Source: Candidatus Eiseniibacteriota bacterium
Lineage (GTDB): Bacteria; Eisenbacteria; RBG-16-71-46; CAIMUX01; VGJL01
DNA: 64,000 bases
Direction of reading: 5' to 3'
NCBI GenBank assembly: GCA_963792585.1
Contig: CAWBWI010000005.1
Coordinates: forward strand, 64,001 to 128,000
Position 1 is the first letter of the stretch. Every line of letters begins with the position of its first letter. Of this stretch, positions 30,201-40,987 are shown in pieces. The position numbers were made by a program, and so were the translations under genes. The notes under the pieces are model-generated. The model was not told where the DNA came from. It made no database searches and was given only the letters and a program-made list of their open reading frames with translations.

Positions 30201-31433
30201 ATGAGGGAGACGGTCGATCTCGCCATCGTGGGCGCAGGCGCCGCCGGCTTGATGGCCGGCATTCAGGCCGGCCGAACCGAGCCCTCCCGGAGCATCGTCC
30301 TCCTCGACGGCGCCCGTTCGATCGGAGCGAAGATCCGGGTCTCCGGCGGCGGCAGGTGCAACGTCACGCACGAGCGGGTCGACGAGACCGCCTTTGCGGG
30401 CTCCTCGCGGCACGCGATCCGCAAGGTCCTCCTGCGCTTCGACGTGCCCCGGACGGTCGCCTTCTTCGAGGAGCTCGGCGTCCCGCTGAAGCGCGAGGAA
30501 ACCGGCAAGCTCTTCCCCGTCACCGACGACGCCCGCACCGTCCTCGACGCCCTCCTGCGTGCGGCGCGGACGGCCGGCGCAGAGATCCGCAATCCCTGGC
30601 GCGTGGAAACGATCACGGCTGCCGATCACAACTTCAACCTGAACAGCCCAACGGGTGAGAGCCTGAACGCACGCCGCGTGATTCTCGCGACGGGCGGACG
30701 CAGCATTCCGAAATCCGGGTCGGACGGCCGCGGCTACGCGATCGCGGGAGCTCTTGGACATACGATCTCGCCCGTATTTCCGGCGCTCGTGCCGCTCCTG
30801 CTCGCCGACGATTCGTTCGTGCGGACACTGGGGGGGATCTCCACTCCCGCGACCCTTTCGGTCCGCTCGCCCCGGGGCGGCGGGGCGGTCTCGTTCACCG
30901 GCTCGGTCCTCTGCACCCACTTCGGTATCTCGGGACCAACGACGCTCGACATCAGCCGGTACCTCGTCGAACGGCTCTCGACCGATGCCGGGACCGAGCT
31001 GCGGATCAACTGGCTGCCCGAGGAGTCGGTCGAATCGGCCGATCTCCTGCTGCGCGATCCCGGCGGCACGACGTTTGGGCGCCTCCTCGCCGCCCGATTG
31101 CCGGAGCGTCTCGCGCGCGCCCTCTGCGTCGCGGCCGGCGTGGATCCGTCGGCCCGGCAGGCGACGCGGGAAGAGCGCCGAACTCTTGCGGAGACGCTCT
31201 GCGACCTCCGCCTACCGGTCTCAGGAACGCGCGGCTTCCACTATGCGGAGGTGACGGCGGGCGGGGTGCCCCTGAGCGAGCTGCGGCTCGAAACGATGGA
31301 GTCCCGGGCCTGCCCGGGACTCCACCTGTGCGGAGAGATCTGCGACGTGGACGGCCGTATCGGCGGTTTCAACTTCCAGTGGGCCTGGGCGAGCGGTTAC
31401 GTGGCCGGCGTCAGCGCGTCTTCTTCTCGCTGA
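30201..31433 (+). CDS. NAD(P)/FAD-dependent oxidoreductase, HI0933/BaiN family
   Basis: GAGAAG, SGGGRCNVT, ATGGRS, EVTAGGV, GGFNFQWAWASG. Confidence 0.92.
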   Translation: MRETVDLAIVGAGAAGLMAGIQAGRTEPSRSIVLLDGARSIGAKIRVSGGGRCNVTHERVDETAFAGSSRHAIRKVLLRFDVPRTVAFFEELGVPLKREETGKLFPVTDDARTVLDALLRAARTAGAEIRNPWRVETITAADHNFNLNSPTGESLNARRVILATGGRSIPKSGSDGRGYAIAGALGHTISPVFPALVPLLLADDSFVRTLGGISTPATLSVRSPRGGGAVSFTGSVLCTHFGISGPTTLDISRYLVERLSTDAGTELRINWLPEESVESADLLLRDPGGTTFGRLLAARLPERLARALCVAAGVDPSARQATREERRTLAETLCDLRLPVSGTRGFHYAEVTAGGVPLSELRLETMESRACPGLHLCGEICDVDGRIGGFNFQWAWASGYVAGVSASSSR

Positions 31434-32745
31434 ACATCGGCCCGCTCGGACCGAGGACCGTCAACTCGACGACCTCGCCCCCCGCATCACGCACAAAACG
31501 AAAACGACGGTCATCGAGGAACTCCCCCCGAAAGAGATCCTTCCCCACCGGAATCAACGCGATCCGCGGCTGGGTCTCGCGCTGGAAATAGAGGCGGTCG
31601 GCGTCGACGAAGACCTTCCGAATTCCGTAGACGCCGGCATACGCCCTCAGATCCGAGGTCTTGAGGACGATCGGGCGCATCTCGGACTCGAGCGACTCGA
31701 TCGACCAGGCCAAGGACGTCTTGGCCTCCGCGTCGGATTCCTTCGCCTCGAGCGCCTTCAGGGCCTCGATGTGCGCCCGCTTGAGCGCGTCCGCTTGCGG
31801 AACCTCGATATCGGGTTTGACGCCGACCCCTTCCCAGTTCGTACGGGTGACGGGGTTGATCGCCTTGCCCGTGGAAACGAAGGCGACGAAGCCGGCTTCC
31901 AAGGGGAAGAGCCCGCCGGGATGCGCGCCCCCGCCCGTCGTCTCGCCGACGATCGTGGCGCGCTCGAGGTTCTGCAGGTCATAGCTGAACTCCTCGGCCG
32001 CCGAGAAGGTTCGGTTGCTGGTCAGCACGAAGACCGGAATGGAGCCCATGCGCGTCCCCGGCACGTAGGGTAGGGTCCAGAACTGGTTCGTTTCGTCCCC
32101 CTCGCGCGAGTAGAAGTCGTTCAGGTGCTGCCGGCGCCCCTCGAAGAGATAGCTCGTGATCAGCTGGATCATCTCCGGGGTGCCCCCGCCGTTGTTACGC
32201 AGGTCGATGATCAGGGCATCGCTGCTGGCGAGGAAGCTCATCGCCCCGACCGCGGTCGCCCCCGCATAGGAGGGCGGCATGAAACCGCGCAGATCGAGAT
32301 AGCCCACGTTCCCGAGGAGGATCTCGATCTTCTGGAATCCGAAGTTCTCGTGCGCGCTCCGCCTGATCTCCGCATCGGGAGGCTCGTCGGACCCGCTGGC
32401 GGTGTCGCCCAACATGGCGAACATCCTCGGATCGAATCGAACGCGCAGGTGACGGTCGATTCCGAGTCCCTGCAGGTCGGCGGTGACCGCCTCACCGAAG
32501 GCGGCGGCATTGGCGGCCTCGCGATACGTCCCGGCTGCCAGGCTTTCGCGAACATGCGCGGCGATCTTTGCGGCCTTCTCGGCATCGACGTACTTCTCCT
32601 CGATGACCCGCGCTAGTTTCTCGATCACCGTCGACCGCGTCGCGGCGTCCACGGGCGCCGTCGCCGGCGCCGGAGCTTGCCCGAATGCGGGACCGGTGAC
32701 GCATATCAGAACCGCAGAGATCGCGGCGAGACGGATCGAATTCAT
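31411..32745 (-). CDS. Secreted S41 family peptidase
   Basis: IIDLRNNGGG, TFSAAEEF, GETTGGGAHP, WEGVGVKPDI. Confidence 0.92.
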   Translation of the reverse strand: MNSIRLAAISAVLICVTGPAFGQAPAPATAPVDAATRSTVIEKLARVIEEKYVDAEKAAKIAAHVRESLAAGTYREAANAAAFGEAVTADLQGLGIDRHLRVRFDPRMFAMLGDTASGSDEPPDAEIRRSAHENFGFQKIEILLGNVGYLDLRGFMPPSYAGATAVGAMSFLASSDALIIDLRNNGGGTPEMIQLITSYLFEGRRQHLNDFYSREGDETNQFWTLPYVPGTRMGSIPVFVLTSNRTFSAAEEFSYDLQNLERATIVGETTGGGAHPGGLFPLEAGFVAFVSTGKAINPVTRTNWEGVGVKPDIEVPQADALKRAHIEALKALEAKESDAEAKTSLAWSIESLESEMRPIVLKTSDLRAYAGVYGIRKVFVDADRLYFQRETQPRIALIPVGKDLFRGEFLDDRRFRFVRDAGGEVVELTVLGPSGPMFSEKKTR

Positions 32746-33734
32746 CGCTTCCTCCTGCTCGCGGGGGCGGAGTCCGCATCCCGCAGGTCGAGTTTCATCG
32801 TGTAAGTCGGACGACGGTAGTGATTGGGCGCGCCGGAAGGAGACGGTACGCGCGTGAAGCCCAGGCTCGCGTAGAGGTGGCTCGCGGCGACGAGCTTCTT
32901 GGATGTCTGCAGAATCAGAGTGTGCACCCCCGCCGCGCGGGTCTCCGCGATTGCCGCGACGGCGAGCCGACGTCCCACGCCGCCGCCTCGGGACTGCGCG
33001 GTCACGGCCATCTTCGCCAGCTCGAAGGTCGAGGGACCGCGTCGGATCAGGGCGACGGTCCCGATCGGCCGCCCGTCGAGGAGGGCAAAGAGGATTCGGC
33101 CGCCGTCGCGGAGAATCGTCCCCTCGGGATCGGCCAGGACCTGCTCATCGATCTCTTCGACCTCGAAGTATTCCTCGAGCCACTCGCGGTTGAGCTTCGC
33201 GAACGCTCCCCTCAGGCCGCGGGCATACGGGGCGATCTCCACGCGTTCCAGTACACGGGCGAGCCTCGCCGCCCGGATCCGGTCGGCGATGCTCCGTTGG
33301 TCCAGACTCCGCTCGACGCGCCCGAGCGACTGCAGGAGGCCGGGCGCTTCGACGGCGAGCACCTCCCGCGTCGCCGATTCGATTTCCGCCCAGACCGGTT
33401 CCAGGCGGCGGCCCAGGGCCCGCCCTTTGGCGGTGAGGCGCAGGAGTCTGCGTCGATCGTCCTTCCGGTCCTTCGATGAGGTGAGGAGTCCCTTGCGCTC
33501 CATCGAGGCGGCGATCTGGTTGACGGCGGGATGGGTCACGCCCAGGGTGACGGCCATCTCCGTCACCGCCATCGGACCGCTCCCCCGCAGCAGGAAGAGG
33601 ACGGGAAACCAGCGCGGCTCGAACTCGACGCTCGCATCGGCATAGACCCGCGCGACATCCCGCATCAGCCGCTCGCTCAATCGCCGCAGGCGGCTCGCGA
33701 AGGCGAGTTCCCCCAGTGTCTGGATAAGGTCCAC
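32742..33734 (-). CDS. Bifunctional MarR HTH regulator / GNAT acetyltransferase
   Basis: 'LGELAFASRLRRLSERL', 'FEPRWFPV', wHTH 'DDRRR', GNAT 'ELAKMAV...GGGVG'; GTG 33734 after GGAGG. Confidence 0.9.
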   Translation of the reverse strand: MDLIQTLGELAFASRLRRLSERLMRDVARVYADASVEFEPRWFPVLFLLRGSGPMAVTEMAVTLGVTHPAVNQIAASMERKGLLTSSKDRKDDRRRLLRLTAKGRALGRRLEPVWAEIESATREVLAVEAPGLLQSLGRVERSLDQRSIADRIRAARLARVLERVEIAPYARGLRGAFAKLNREWLEEYFEVEEIDEQVLADPEGTILRDGGRILFALLDGRPIGTVALIRRGPSTFELAKMAVTAQSRGGGVGRRLAVAAIAETRAAGVHTLILQTSKKLVAASHLYASLGFTRVPSPSGAPNHYRRPTYTMKLDLRDADSAPASRRKR

Positions 33735-33775
33735 CGCTCTCCTCCCTCCCATCGGACGCGGGCGCCGGGATTTCG

Positions 33776-33795
33776 TTACGTAAGCACTTACATAA
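33776..33795. promoter_or_regulatory. AT-rich palindrome, probable MarR operator
   Basis: TTACGTAAG-CA-CTTACATAA (8/9 arm match), about 40 bp upstream of the MarR-GNAT start. Confidence 0.65.
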
Positions 33796-33907
33796 TAATT
33801 TCCCGGTTCGAAGAAATCCAGCCCGATCCCGGGGATGGCGGGCGGCCCGGGCAGAATGAGCACCTGCGGGGTGACAGGCGGCATCGTCCGGCCTAGACTC
33901 CCCTGCG

Positions 33908-35672
33908 ATGCGACTCCTGCGCGAACGCTGGACGGGCGTGGTCTACGGTCTCGCGACCGCGGGGGCCGTCCTCTTTGGGCTCGTCCGTGCGATCCGGCTG
34001 CGGTGGGTCTGCGATGACGCCTTCATCACGTTCCGCTACGCGGACAACTGGATCGCCGGGCTGGGTCCGGTCTACAACGCCGGCGAACGGGTCGAGGGGT
34101 ATACCCACTTCCTCTGGCTCTGTCTGATCGCCGTCGGGCGCAGGCTGGGGGCGGACCCGGTTGCGGTCGCGCAGGCGATGGGGGTTGCCGCCTTCTGTGC
34201 CCTGATCCTTCTCTGCGCCTGGATCGCCCACGCGCTCTTCGGCAGGCAACGGGCCTATGTCCCCATGGCGGCCCTCGCGCTGGCCCTGCACTACGACATG
34301 GCCGTGTGGGCCACGGGCGGGCTCGAGACGGCCCTCTTCGCGCTCTTCGTGGGGCTCGGCTTCGCCGCGCTCGTGCTCGGGCCGGTCGAACGGCGGCTCC
34401 GTCTCGGCGCCGCGGGCCTCGCCTTCGCCCTCGGAATCCTGACACGCCCCGATGGGATCATTCCGGCGGCCGTCGCCTTCGCGTACATCGCGGCCGAGGC
34501 CGTGGTATCGCGGCGCCCTGTGCGCAAGGCGATCCTGGAATACGCCGCGTTCCCCATCCTCCTGCTCCTCCCCTATCTCGCGTGGAAGCTCTCCTACTAC
34601 GGCGGGATCCTGCCCAATACCTACTACGCCAAGTCGGGCGGCGAGACATGGTTCGGCCAGGGCTTCCTCTACATCGGGCTCTATGTGCGGGCCTACCTCT
34701 CGTCGTTCGTCTTCGCCCTGTCGATCCCGCCGCTCTTCCTCGCGATCCGCAGGAACACATGGAAGGACGACCCGAGGGATCGCGCCCTGATCCTCTCGAC
34801 CGCCATCGTCCTCGCCTATCTCATCCTCTTCGTCGCGAAGGTCGGGGGCGATTTCATGTATGCCCGATTCGTCCTGCCTGTGGTTCCCCTGATCTACCTG
34901 ACCGGCGAGATCGGCATCCGGCGGCTCTTGGACCGGCGCCCGATCCTGCTTGTGCTCCTCCTCATCGCCGTTCCCGCGCTCGTCTTTTCGGAGAGGGGCC
35001 GGCGGGATGCGCTCTACTACGACGCGGAGGGAAACCCGCGGGCGCGCTTCGGCCCCTCGGGGATCACCGACGAGCATGCCTACTACACCCGGGTCGAGGG
35101 CGGCGGGCGGAACATGATCGAGACCTACCGTGTCGTCGGCGAGCGCCTGGCGCGCTATTTCGAGGGCACGAACGTGCGCGTGCTGCTGGGCGGGCAGGCG
35201 AGCCTCGGCTACTATGGTCGTTTCGCCTATTGCCTCGAGCACTGGGGATTGACTGACCCGTACATCGCGCACCTGCCGGTCGGCAGGCGTTCGCGCCCGG
35301 GACACGAGAAGACGGCCCCCCTGGAGTACTTGACGCAGAAGGGGATCCACTTCGAATTCATGAAGCGCCCCTACCGGACGGAGCCGTATCGATCCGTCTA
35401 CTTCCGCGTCGAGGACGGCCGCATTCGTGGCGAGCTGTTCCGATGGGATCGGGCGCTGATGCGTCACCTGCGTGAGCGGTTCCCCGAGGAGGTGACCTTC
35501 GTCGACTTCGAGGCATGGCTGGACGATTGGCTGCGTGCGATGCCCGGCCGCCCGGTCGGTGAGGTGCGGCGCGACTACGAAACGCTTCGTGAATTTCTAC
35601 TTCCTCCACAACGACGATCCCGAACGGGAGGCGCGGATTCGAGCCTATTTCGGGGGGCCTGGAACCTCGTAG
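33908..35672 (+). CDS. GT-C-type polytopic glycosyltransferase (AftB-like); +1 frameshift near 35595
   Basis: 'DDAFITFRYA', 'GERVEGYT', 'GLET', 'RPDG', 'PNTYYAK'. Removing one T from GAATTTCTAC gives 'EFYFLHNDDPERE...' ending at TAG 35672. Confidence 0.8.
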
Positions 35673-35842
35673 GGGCGGTCCCCCGGCAGGCCCCGGACTT
35701 TGGGAGGGCCCGCGGGCGCGAGCCCGCAAACACCGGGGGCGCCTTCTTTCCAGGAATGCGACCGAGGGCATGGTAAAATGGGATGGGCCTGCGCGATCCC
35801 CATGCAGGCGTCCTTGTTCGAACCGCAACCGGAGGTATCGCC

Positions 35843-38389
35843 GTGCGTCGATGGCTTCACGATTGGCATGTTTCCATCCTCGTTCTCTCCCTCATGGCAG
35901 CGGGCGCGACCGCGCTCACGCATTCGGCATGGAATCGGGTCGTGCGCGGGAAGGCCGTTCATGCGGAGTCGCCGGCGCCGACCGAGAACTGGCTGCGCGA
36001 GAAGGCGGAAGAGGAGAACAAGGAGAAGCGCGAGGCCTGGATCGAGAGCCTTCACCGCGCGGCGCCCGGCACCGACTGGCGGGCGATCGAGGCGGAAAAC
36101 CGGACTGCCGCCTTCATCGAGCGGCAGGGACGCGCCGCCGCAGGAGAACGGTCGACCTTCTGGACGGAGGTGGGTAGCGCAAACCTCGCGGGCCGAACGC
36201 ACGCGACCGCCTGGATGCCCGGCACCAACACCCTCTACGTCGGTTCCGATCTCGGCGGCGTTTGGCGCGGCAACACCGACGGGACCGGTTGGCAGGCGAT
36301 CTCCGACGGCCTCGGGATCGGCTCGCACGGGCTCGTGGCATGCCCGGGTTCCCCGCAGACGGTCGTCACGATCAACAACAACGGCAAGATCTACACGACC
36401 ACGAACGGCGGGACGACCTGGTTCGTCCCCTCCGGTTTGCCCGACACGATCTACGAGTGCGTCCGCATCCTCCGCGATGCGGCGAGCCAGCGGACCGTCT
36501 ACCTCTTGACGCGGGGGCGGACTCTGATCGGCGGAACGCTGCGAACCGGTTGGTTCGTCTCCAGGTCCGAGGATGGAGGCGTGAGCTTCGTCCTCGCGTC
36601 GGCCGAGATCCAGGTATCGCCGCGCTGCGACATCTGGATGAGTCGAAGGAGCGCGGGGCCGCTCTTCCTGATGGACGGTCCGACTCTGAAGCAGTCGATC
36701 GACCAGGGCGCCACCTTCACGACCGTCGGCACCGCCCCTCTGAGCGCCACATCCGTTCTCCTGACCGGTTCGGAAGCCGGCGCGCCGACATTCTACGCGG
36801 CGCTCAAGGTGGGCAGCGACTCATGGAAGCTCTATCGGTCGACGGACGCCGGGGTGAACTGGGAGTTCAAGTACACCATCACCGATTTCTGGGAGACCTT
36901 GACCGCCTCGATTACCAATTCGAACCTCGTGTTCATCTCCGGGGTCGAGTCCTGGCGCTCGACCAACGGCGGGACGTCCTTCGGCAAGGTGAACCAGTGG
37001 TGGCAGTATTACGACGATCCGGCCAATCGCCTGCACGCCGATCTCCCGGGAATGGAGTGCATCTGGTTCGGCGACCACGAGGAGATCTTCTTCGACACCG
37101 ATGGAGGGACCTTCGTTTCGTACGACGGCGGGGCGACGGTGCACAACATCTCGCTGCAGGGACTCGGCGTGAGCCAGTACTACAGCCTCCTGACCAGCAG
37201 CAGCGATCCGTATCTCATCGCCGCGGGCGCTCAGGACCAGGGTTACCAGCAATCCGATCCGGAGCAGGGATCGCCATACCTCAACTTCACCCAGCTCATC
37301 AGCGGCGACTACGGCCACCTGACCTCGACCACGCGCGCCCACGATTATGTCTACTCGGTCTACCCGGGATTCGTGCTGCTTCAGGTGAACGAGGCGGCGC
37401 CGCAGAATCTCTATCAGCTCGACTTCCCGCCGAGCGGAACTTGGGGCTGGATGCCGTTCATCCTGGCCGATCCGCTCGATCCGGACGTCTTCTACTTCTG
37501 CGCCGACCACCTCTGGAAGTACGAGCGCGTATCGGGCGTGAACTACTCGCAGACGATGCTGCCCCAAAACTTCGGCACGAACTACCTGACGGCGTTGGCG
37601 ATCGCCAAGTCCGACCATTCGCGTTGGTACGTCGCGAACAGCCAGGGAAGGCTCTGGTCTTCGACCGATGCCGGCGCGACGTGGACCCAGTCGTCCTCCA
37701 ACGGACCGGCCTCCCACTATTTCTACGGGACCGCTCTGCTGGTCTCCCCCACGAATCCGCTTATCGCCTATGTCGGCGGAGCGGGATACAGCGGACCGGC
37801 CGTCTACAAGACCATCGACGGCGGCGCGACCTGGACACCTATGTCCACGGGGCTTCCGAACACCCTCGTCTTCGGCCTGACGTTCGACAACGACGTCGAC
37901 CAGAACCTTTTCGCGTCGGCGGAAGCGGGTCCCTATCGCTACGACGCGGGCACCGCGACCTGGTCGAGCATCCTCGGGACCGAGGCTCCTCTGACGACCT
38001 ACTGGTGCCTGGAGAGCGTGCCGGAACTGAGCGTGGTCCGATACGGGACATACGGGCGCGGGATCTGGGACTACCGCGTCTTCGCGCCGGCATCCGCGGA
38101 CGAGATCGACTCGGCGCGGCCCGGCTTCCGTCTCGACCCGAATCCGGCGCGGGAACGGGCCACCGCCCGCTTCGACCTCGCCGCCTCGGGCCGCGTGCGG
38201 ATCGAGCTGTTCGACGTGACGGGCCGTCGCGTGACGTCCATCCTCGACGCGACGCTTCCCGCCGGTCCCCGGGAGATCGCGTTCTCCCTGACGACCGACG
38301 AGGGTCGCGCGCTCGAGTCGGGCGTCTACTTCGCCCGGATGACGTCCCCAGCCGGCGTTCGTGTCGCGAAGGTCCGGGTTCTTGGGTAG
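35843..38389 (+). CDS. Secreted VPS10/BNR beta-propeller protein with FlgD-Ig/T9SS-like C-terminal domain
   Basis: Repeated 'S.DGG.TW', 'HAD', 'GAQDQG', 'TYGRGIW', terminal 'PNP...FDVTGRRV...SGVYF'; GGAGG RBS before GTG 35843. Confidence 0.88.
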   Translation: MRRWLHDWHVSILVLSLMAAGATALTHSAWNRVVRGKAVHAESPAPTENWLREKAEEENKEKREAWIESLHRAAPGTDWRAIEAENRTAAFIERQGRAAAGERSTFWTEVGSANLAGRTHATAWMPGTNTLYVGSDLGGVWRGNTDGTGWQAISDGLGIGSHGLVACPGSPQTVVTINNNGKIYTTTNGGTTWFVPSGLPDTIYECVRILRDAASQRTVYLLTRGRTLIGGTLRTGWFVSRSEDGGVSFVLASAEIQVSPRCDIWMSRRSAGPLFLMDGPTLKQSIDQGATFTTVGTAPLSATSVLLTGSEAGAPTFYAALKVGSDSWKLYRSTDAGVNWEFKYTITDFWETLTASITNSNLVFISGVESWRSTNGGTSFGKVNQWWQYYDDPANRLHADLPGMECIWFGDHEEIFFDTDGGTFVSYDGGATVHNISLQGLGVSQYYSLLTSSSDPYLIAAGAQDQGYQQSDPEQGSPYLNFTQLISGDYGHLTSTTRAHDYVYSVYPGFVLLQVNEAAPQNLYQLDFPPSGTWGWMPFILADPLDPDVFYFCADHLWKYERVSGVNYSQTMLPQNFGTNYLTALAIAKSDHSRWYVANSQGRLWSSTDAGATWTQSSSNGPASHYFYGTALLVSPTNPLIAYVGGAGYSGPAVYKTIDGGATWTPMSTGLPNTLVFGLTFDNDVDQNLFASAEAGPYRYDAGTATWSSILGTEAPLTTYWCLESVPELSVVRYGTYGRGIWDYRVFAPASADEIDSARPGFRLDPNPARERATARFDLAASGRVRIELFDVTGRRVTSILDATLPAGPREIAFSLTTDEGRALESGVYFARMTSPAGVRVAKVRVLG

Positions 38390-38987
38390 TCGCGCCCGGG
38401 AGCGCTGCCCCTGGCCGGGCGCGGAACCCCTCTACGTCGCCTATCACGACGAGGAGTGGGGTGTGCCGGTCCACGACGATCGGACGCACTTCGAGTTCAT
38501 CGTTCTCGACGGGGCGCAGGCGGGGCTCTCGTGGTTCACGATCCTGCGCAAGCGCGAGAACTACCGGAAGGCGTTCGCGCGCTTCGACCCGAAGAAGGTC
38601 GCGCGTTTCGATGAGGGACGGATCGAGCAACTCCTCCTCGATCCGGGCATCGTCCGCAACCGCCAGAAGGTCGTATCCGCGGTCGCCAACGCCCGCGCGT
38701 TCCTGGCCGTGCAGAAGGAGTTCGGCGCCTTCGACGCCTACGTCTGGTCGTTCGTCGGGGGCAAGACCATCCGGAACAGCTGGACGTCGATCCGCGACAT
38801 CCCCGTCAAGACGCCGGAATCGGAGGCGTTGAGCAGGGATTTGATCCGGCGCGGCTTCCGATTCGTGGGGCCGACCATCTGCTATTCCTACATGCAGGCC
38901 GCAGGCATGGTGAACGACCACCTGACCGGGTGTTTCCGTTACCGAGAAGTATTGAAGCCGGGAGCCGGAAGGGCCGGAACGACTTGA
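38361..38987 (+). CDS. tag: DNA-3-methyladenine glycosylase I
   Basis: RCPW...YHDEEWG, AQAGLSW, FVGPTICYSYMQAAGMVNDH; alternative TTG start at 38382. Confidence 0.95.
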   Translation: MSRRSGFLGSRARERCPWPGAEPLYVAYHDEEWGVPVHDDRTHFEFIVLDGAQAGLSWFTILRKRENYRKAFARFDPKKVARFDEGRIEQLLLDPGIVRNRQKVVSAVANARAFLAVQKEFGAFDAYVWSFVGGKTIRNSWTSIRDIPVKTPESEALSRDLIRRGFRFVGPTICYSYMQAAGMVNDHLTGCFRYREVLKPGAGRAGTT

Positions 38988-39148
38988 GCCTTTCGATTGC
39001 TCTTCGGGCGGCCGAGACCATACAGTAAGGCGTTCGTCCGCCGCCGGGCCCCCGGTGGCAAGGGCCGGGAGCGTGACTCCCCCGTACCAGAGGCCAGTGA
39101 AAACTCCGATGACCGGCCGCGCGAAGGCGCGCCGGAGAGGTGTATTCC

Positions 39149-40978
39149 GTGACCGTTCCGCCGAACCAGCCGCCGAAGCCGATCATCCGCAACGAGACGA
39201 TCCGCAACATCGCGATCATCGCCCACGTCGACCACGGAAAGACCACCCTCGTCGATTCGATGCTCAAGCAAAGCGGCATCTTCCGTGAGAACGAGGCGAC
39301 GGTCGAACGGATGATGGATTCCAACGAGCTGGAACGCGAGCGCGGCATCACGATCCTCGCCAAGACGACCGGGATTCACTACAAGGGGGTGAAGATCAAC
39401 ATTGTCGACACCCCGGGGCACAGCGACTTCGGCGGAGAGGTCGAGCGGGCGCTCAAGATCGTCGACGGAGTGATGCTCCTCGTCGACGCGAGCGAGGGTC
39501 CCCTGCCGCAGACGCGGTATGTGCTGATGAAGGCCCTCGAGGCGAAACTTCCCCCCATCGTCGTCATCAACAAGATCGATCGGATCGACTCGCGGATCCA
39601 GGATGTCCTGAACGAGATCTACGATCTCTTCATCGATCTCGATGCGACGGAGGATCAACTCGACTTCCCCGTGATCTATACGAACGCGCGCGCCGGAATC
39701 GCAAAGGTCGCGATGGACGGTCCGGACCTGGACCTGCGGGTCCTCTTCGACGCGATCCTGGAATCGATCCCGGCGCCCGCGGGGGATCCCGACGAGATCC
39801 TGGAGATGCTCGTGGCCAACCTCGACTACAGCGACTACCTCGGCCGGATGGCGATCTGCCGCGTCTTCGCGGGCACGCTGCACAGCGGCGACGAGGTGGG
39901 CATCGCGCGGCTCGACGGATCGCTCCACAAGACGAAGATCACCAAGCTCTACTCGTTCGAGGGGCTCAAGAGGATCGACGAGACGACCGGCCGTCCGGGA
40001 GACATCCTGGCGATCGCGGGGGTCGAGGGCATCGAGATCGGCGAAACGGTCACGGATGCGCTGACGCCGCGGGTGCTGCCCAATATCCAGATCGACGAGC
40101 CGACGATCGCCATGATCTTCACGATCAACACCTCCCCTCTGTACGGACGCGAGGGGACCATGGTCACATCGCGGAACCTGCGCGAGCGGCTCGAGAAGGA
40201 GTTGCTCACCAACGTCTCGATCCAGGTGGAGGACGGCGACGGCCCGGACAGCTTCAACGTGAAGGGGCGGGGCGAGCTGCAGCTGGCCATCCTGATCGAG
40301 ATGATGCGCCGCGAAGGATACGAGCTGATGGTCGGCAAGCCGGAGATCCTCACCAAGACGATCGACGGCAAGATCCACGAGCCGATCGAGCTTCTGGTCA
40401 TCGACTGCCCGGAGCAATTCCTCGGCGTCGTCATCGAGAAGCTTGGTTCCAGGCGCGGGAAGATGATGAAGATGGTCAACCACGGGTCCGGTCGCGTCCG
40501 GCTCGACTTCCACATTCCCTCAAGGGGACTGATCGGCCTTCGCAGCGATCTGTTGACCGATACGCGGGGCACGGCGTTGATCCACTCGCTGTTCCACGGC
40601 TACGCGGAGTGGCAGGGAGACATCCCGACACGGGCGACGGGATCGCTCGTCGCCGACCGTGGGGGGAAAGCGACCGGGTTCGCGATTCACAACATCCAGG
40701 AGCGCGGCACGATATTCATCTCTCCAGGCACCGAGGTCTACGAGGGGATGATCATCGGCGAAAACGCGCGCACGAAGGACATGGACGTCAATATCACGAA
40801 GGAGAAGCGGCTGTCGAACATGCGCGCCTCGGGTGCCGATGACGCGATCCGCCTCGTGCCCCCGCGCGTGCTGAGCCTCGAACAGGCGATCGAGTTCATC
40901 CGTGAGGACGAGTTCGTCGAGGTCACGCCGGTTTCCATCCGGTTGCGGAAGAAGGTCCTGCGCGCGGTCGAGCGGTAG
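39149..40978 (+). CDS. typA: Translational GTPase TypA/BipA
   Basis: [31 protein letters not shown]-terminal 'EVTP.SIRLRKK'. Confidence 0.97.
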   Translation: MTVPPNQPPKPIIRNETIRNIAIIAHVDHGKTTLVDSMLKQSGIFRENEATVERMMDSNELERERGITILAKTTGIHYKGVKINIVDTPGHSDFGGEVERALKIVDGVMLLVDASEGPLPQTRYVLMKALEAKLPPIVVINKIDRIDSRIQDVLNEIYDLFIDLDATEDQLDFPVIYTNARAGIAKVAMDGPDLDLRVLFDAILESIPAPAGDPDEILEMLVANLDYSDYLGRMAICRVFAGTLHSGDEVGIARLDGSLHKTKITKLYSFEGLKRIDETTGRPGDILAIAGVEGIEIGETVTDALTPRVLPNIQIDEPTIAMIFTINTSPLYGREGTMVTSRNLRERLEKELLTNVSIQVEDGDGPDSFNVKGRGELQLAILIEMMRREGYELMVGKPEILTKTIDGKIHEPIELLVIDCPEQFLGVVIEKLGSRRGKMMKMVNHGSGRVRLDFHIPSRGLIGLRSDLLTDTRGTALIHSLFHGYAEWQGDIPTRATGSLVADRGGKATGFAIHNIQERGTIFISPGTEVYEGMIIGENARTKDMDVNITKEKRLSNMRASGADDAIRLVPPRVLSLEQAIEFIREDEFVEVTPVSIRLRKKVLRAVER

Positions 40979-40987
40979 TCCCGACCG

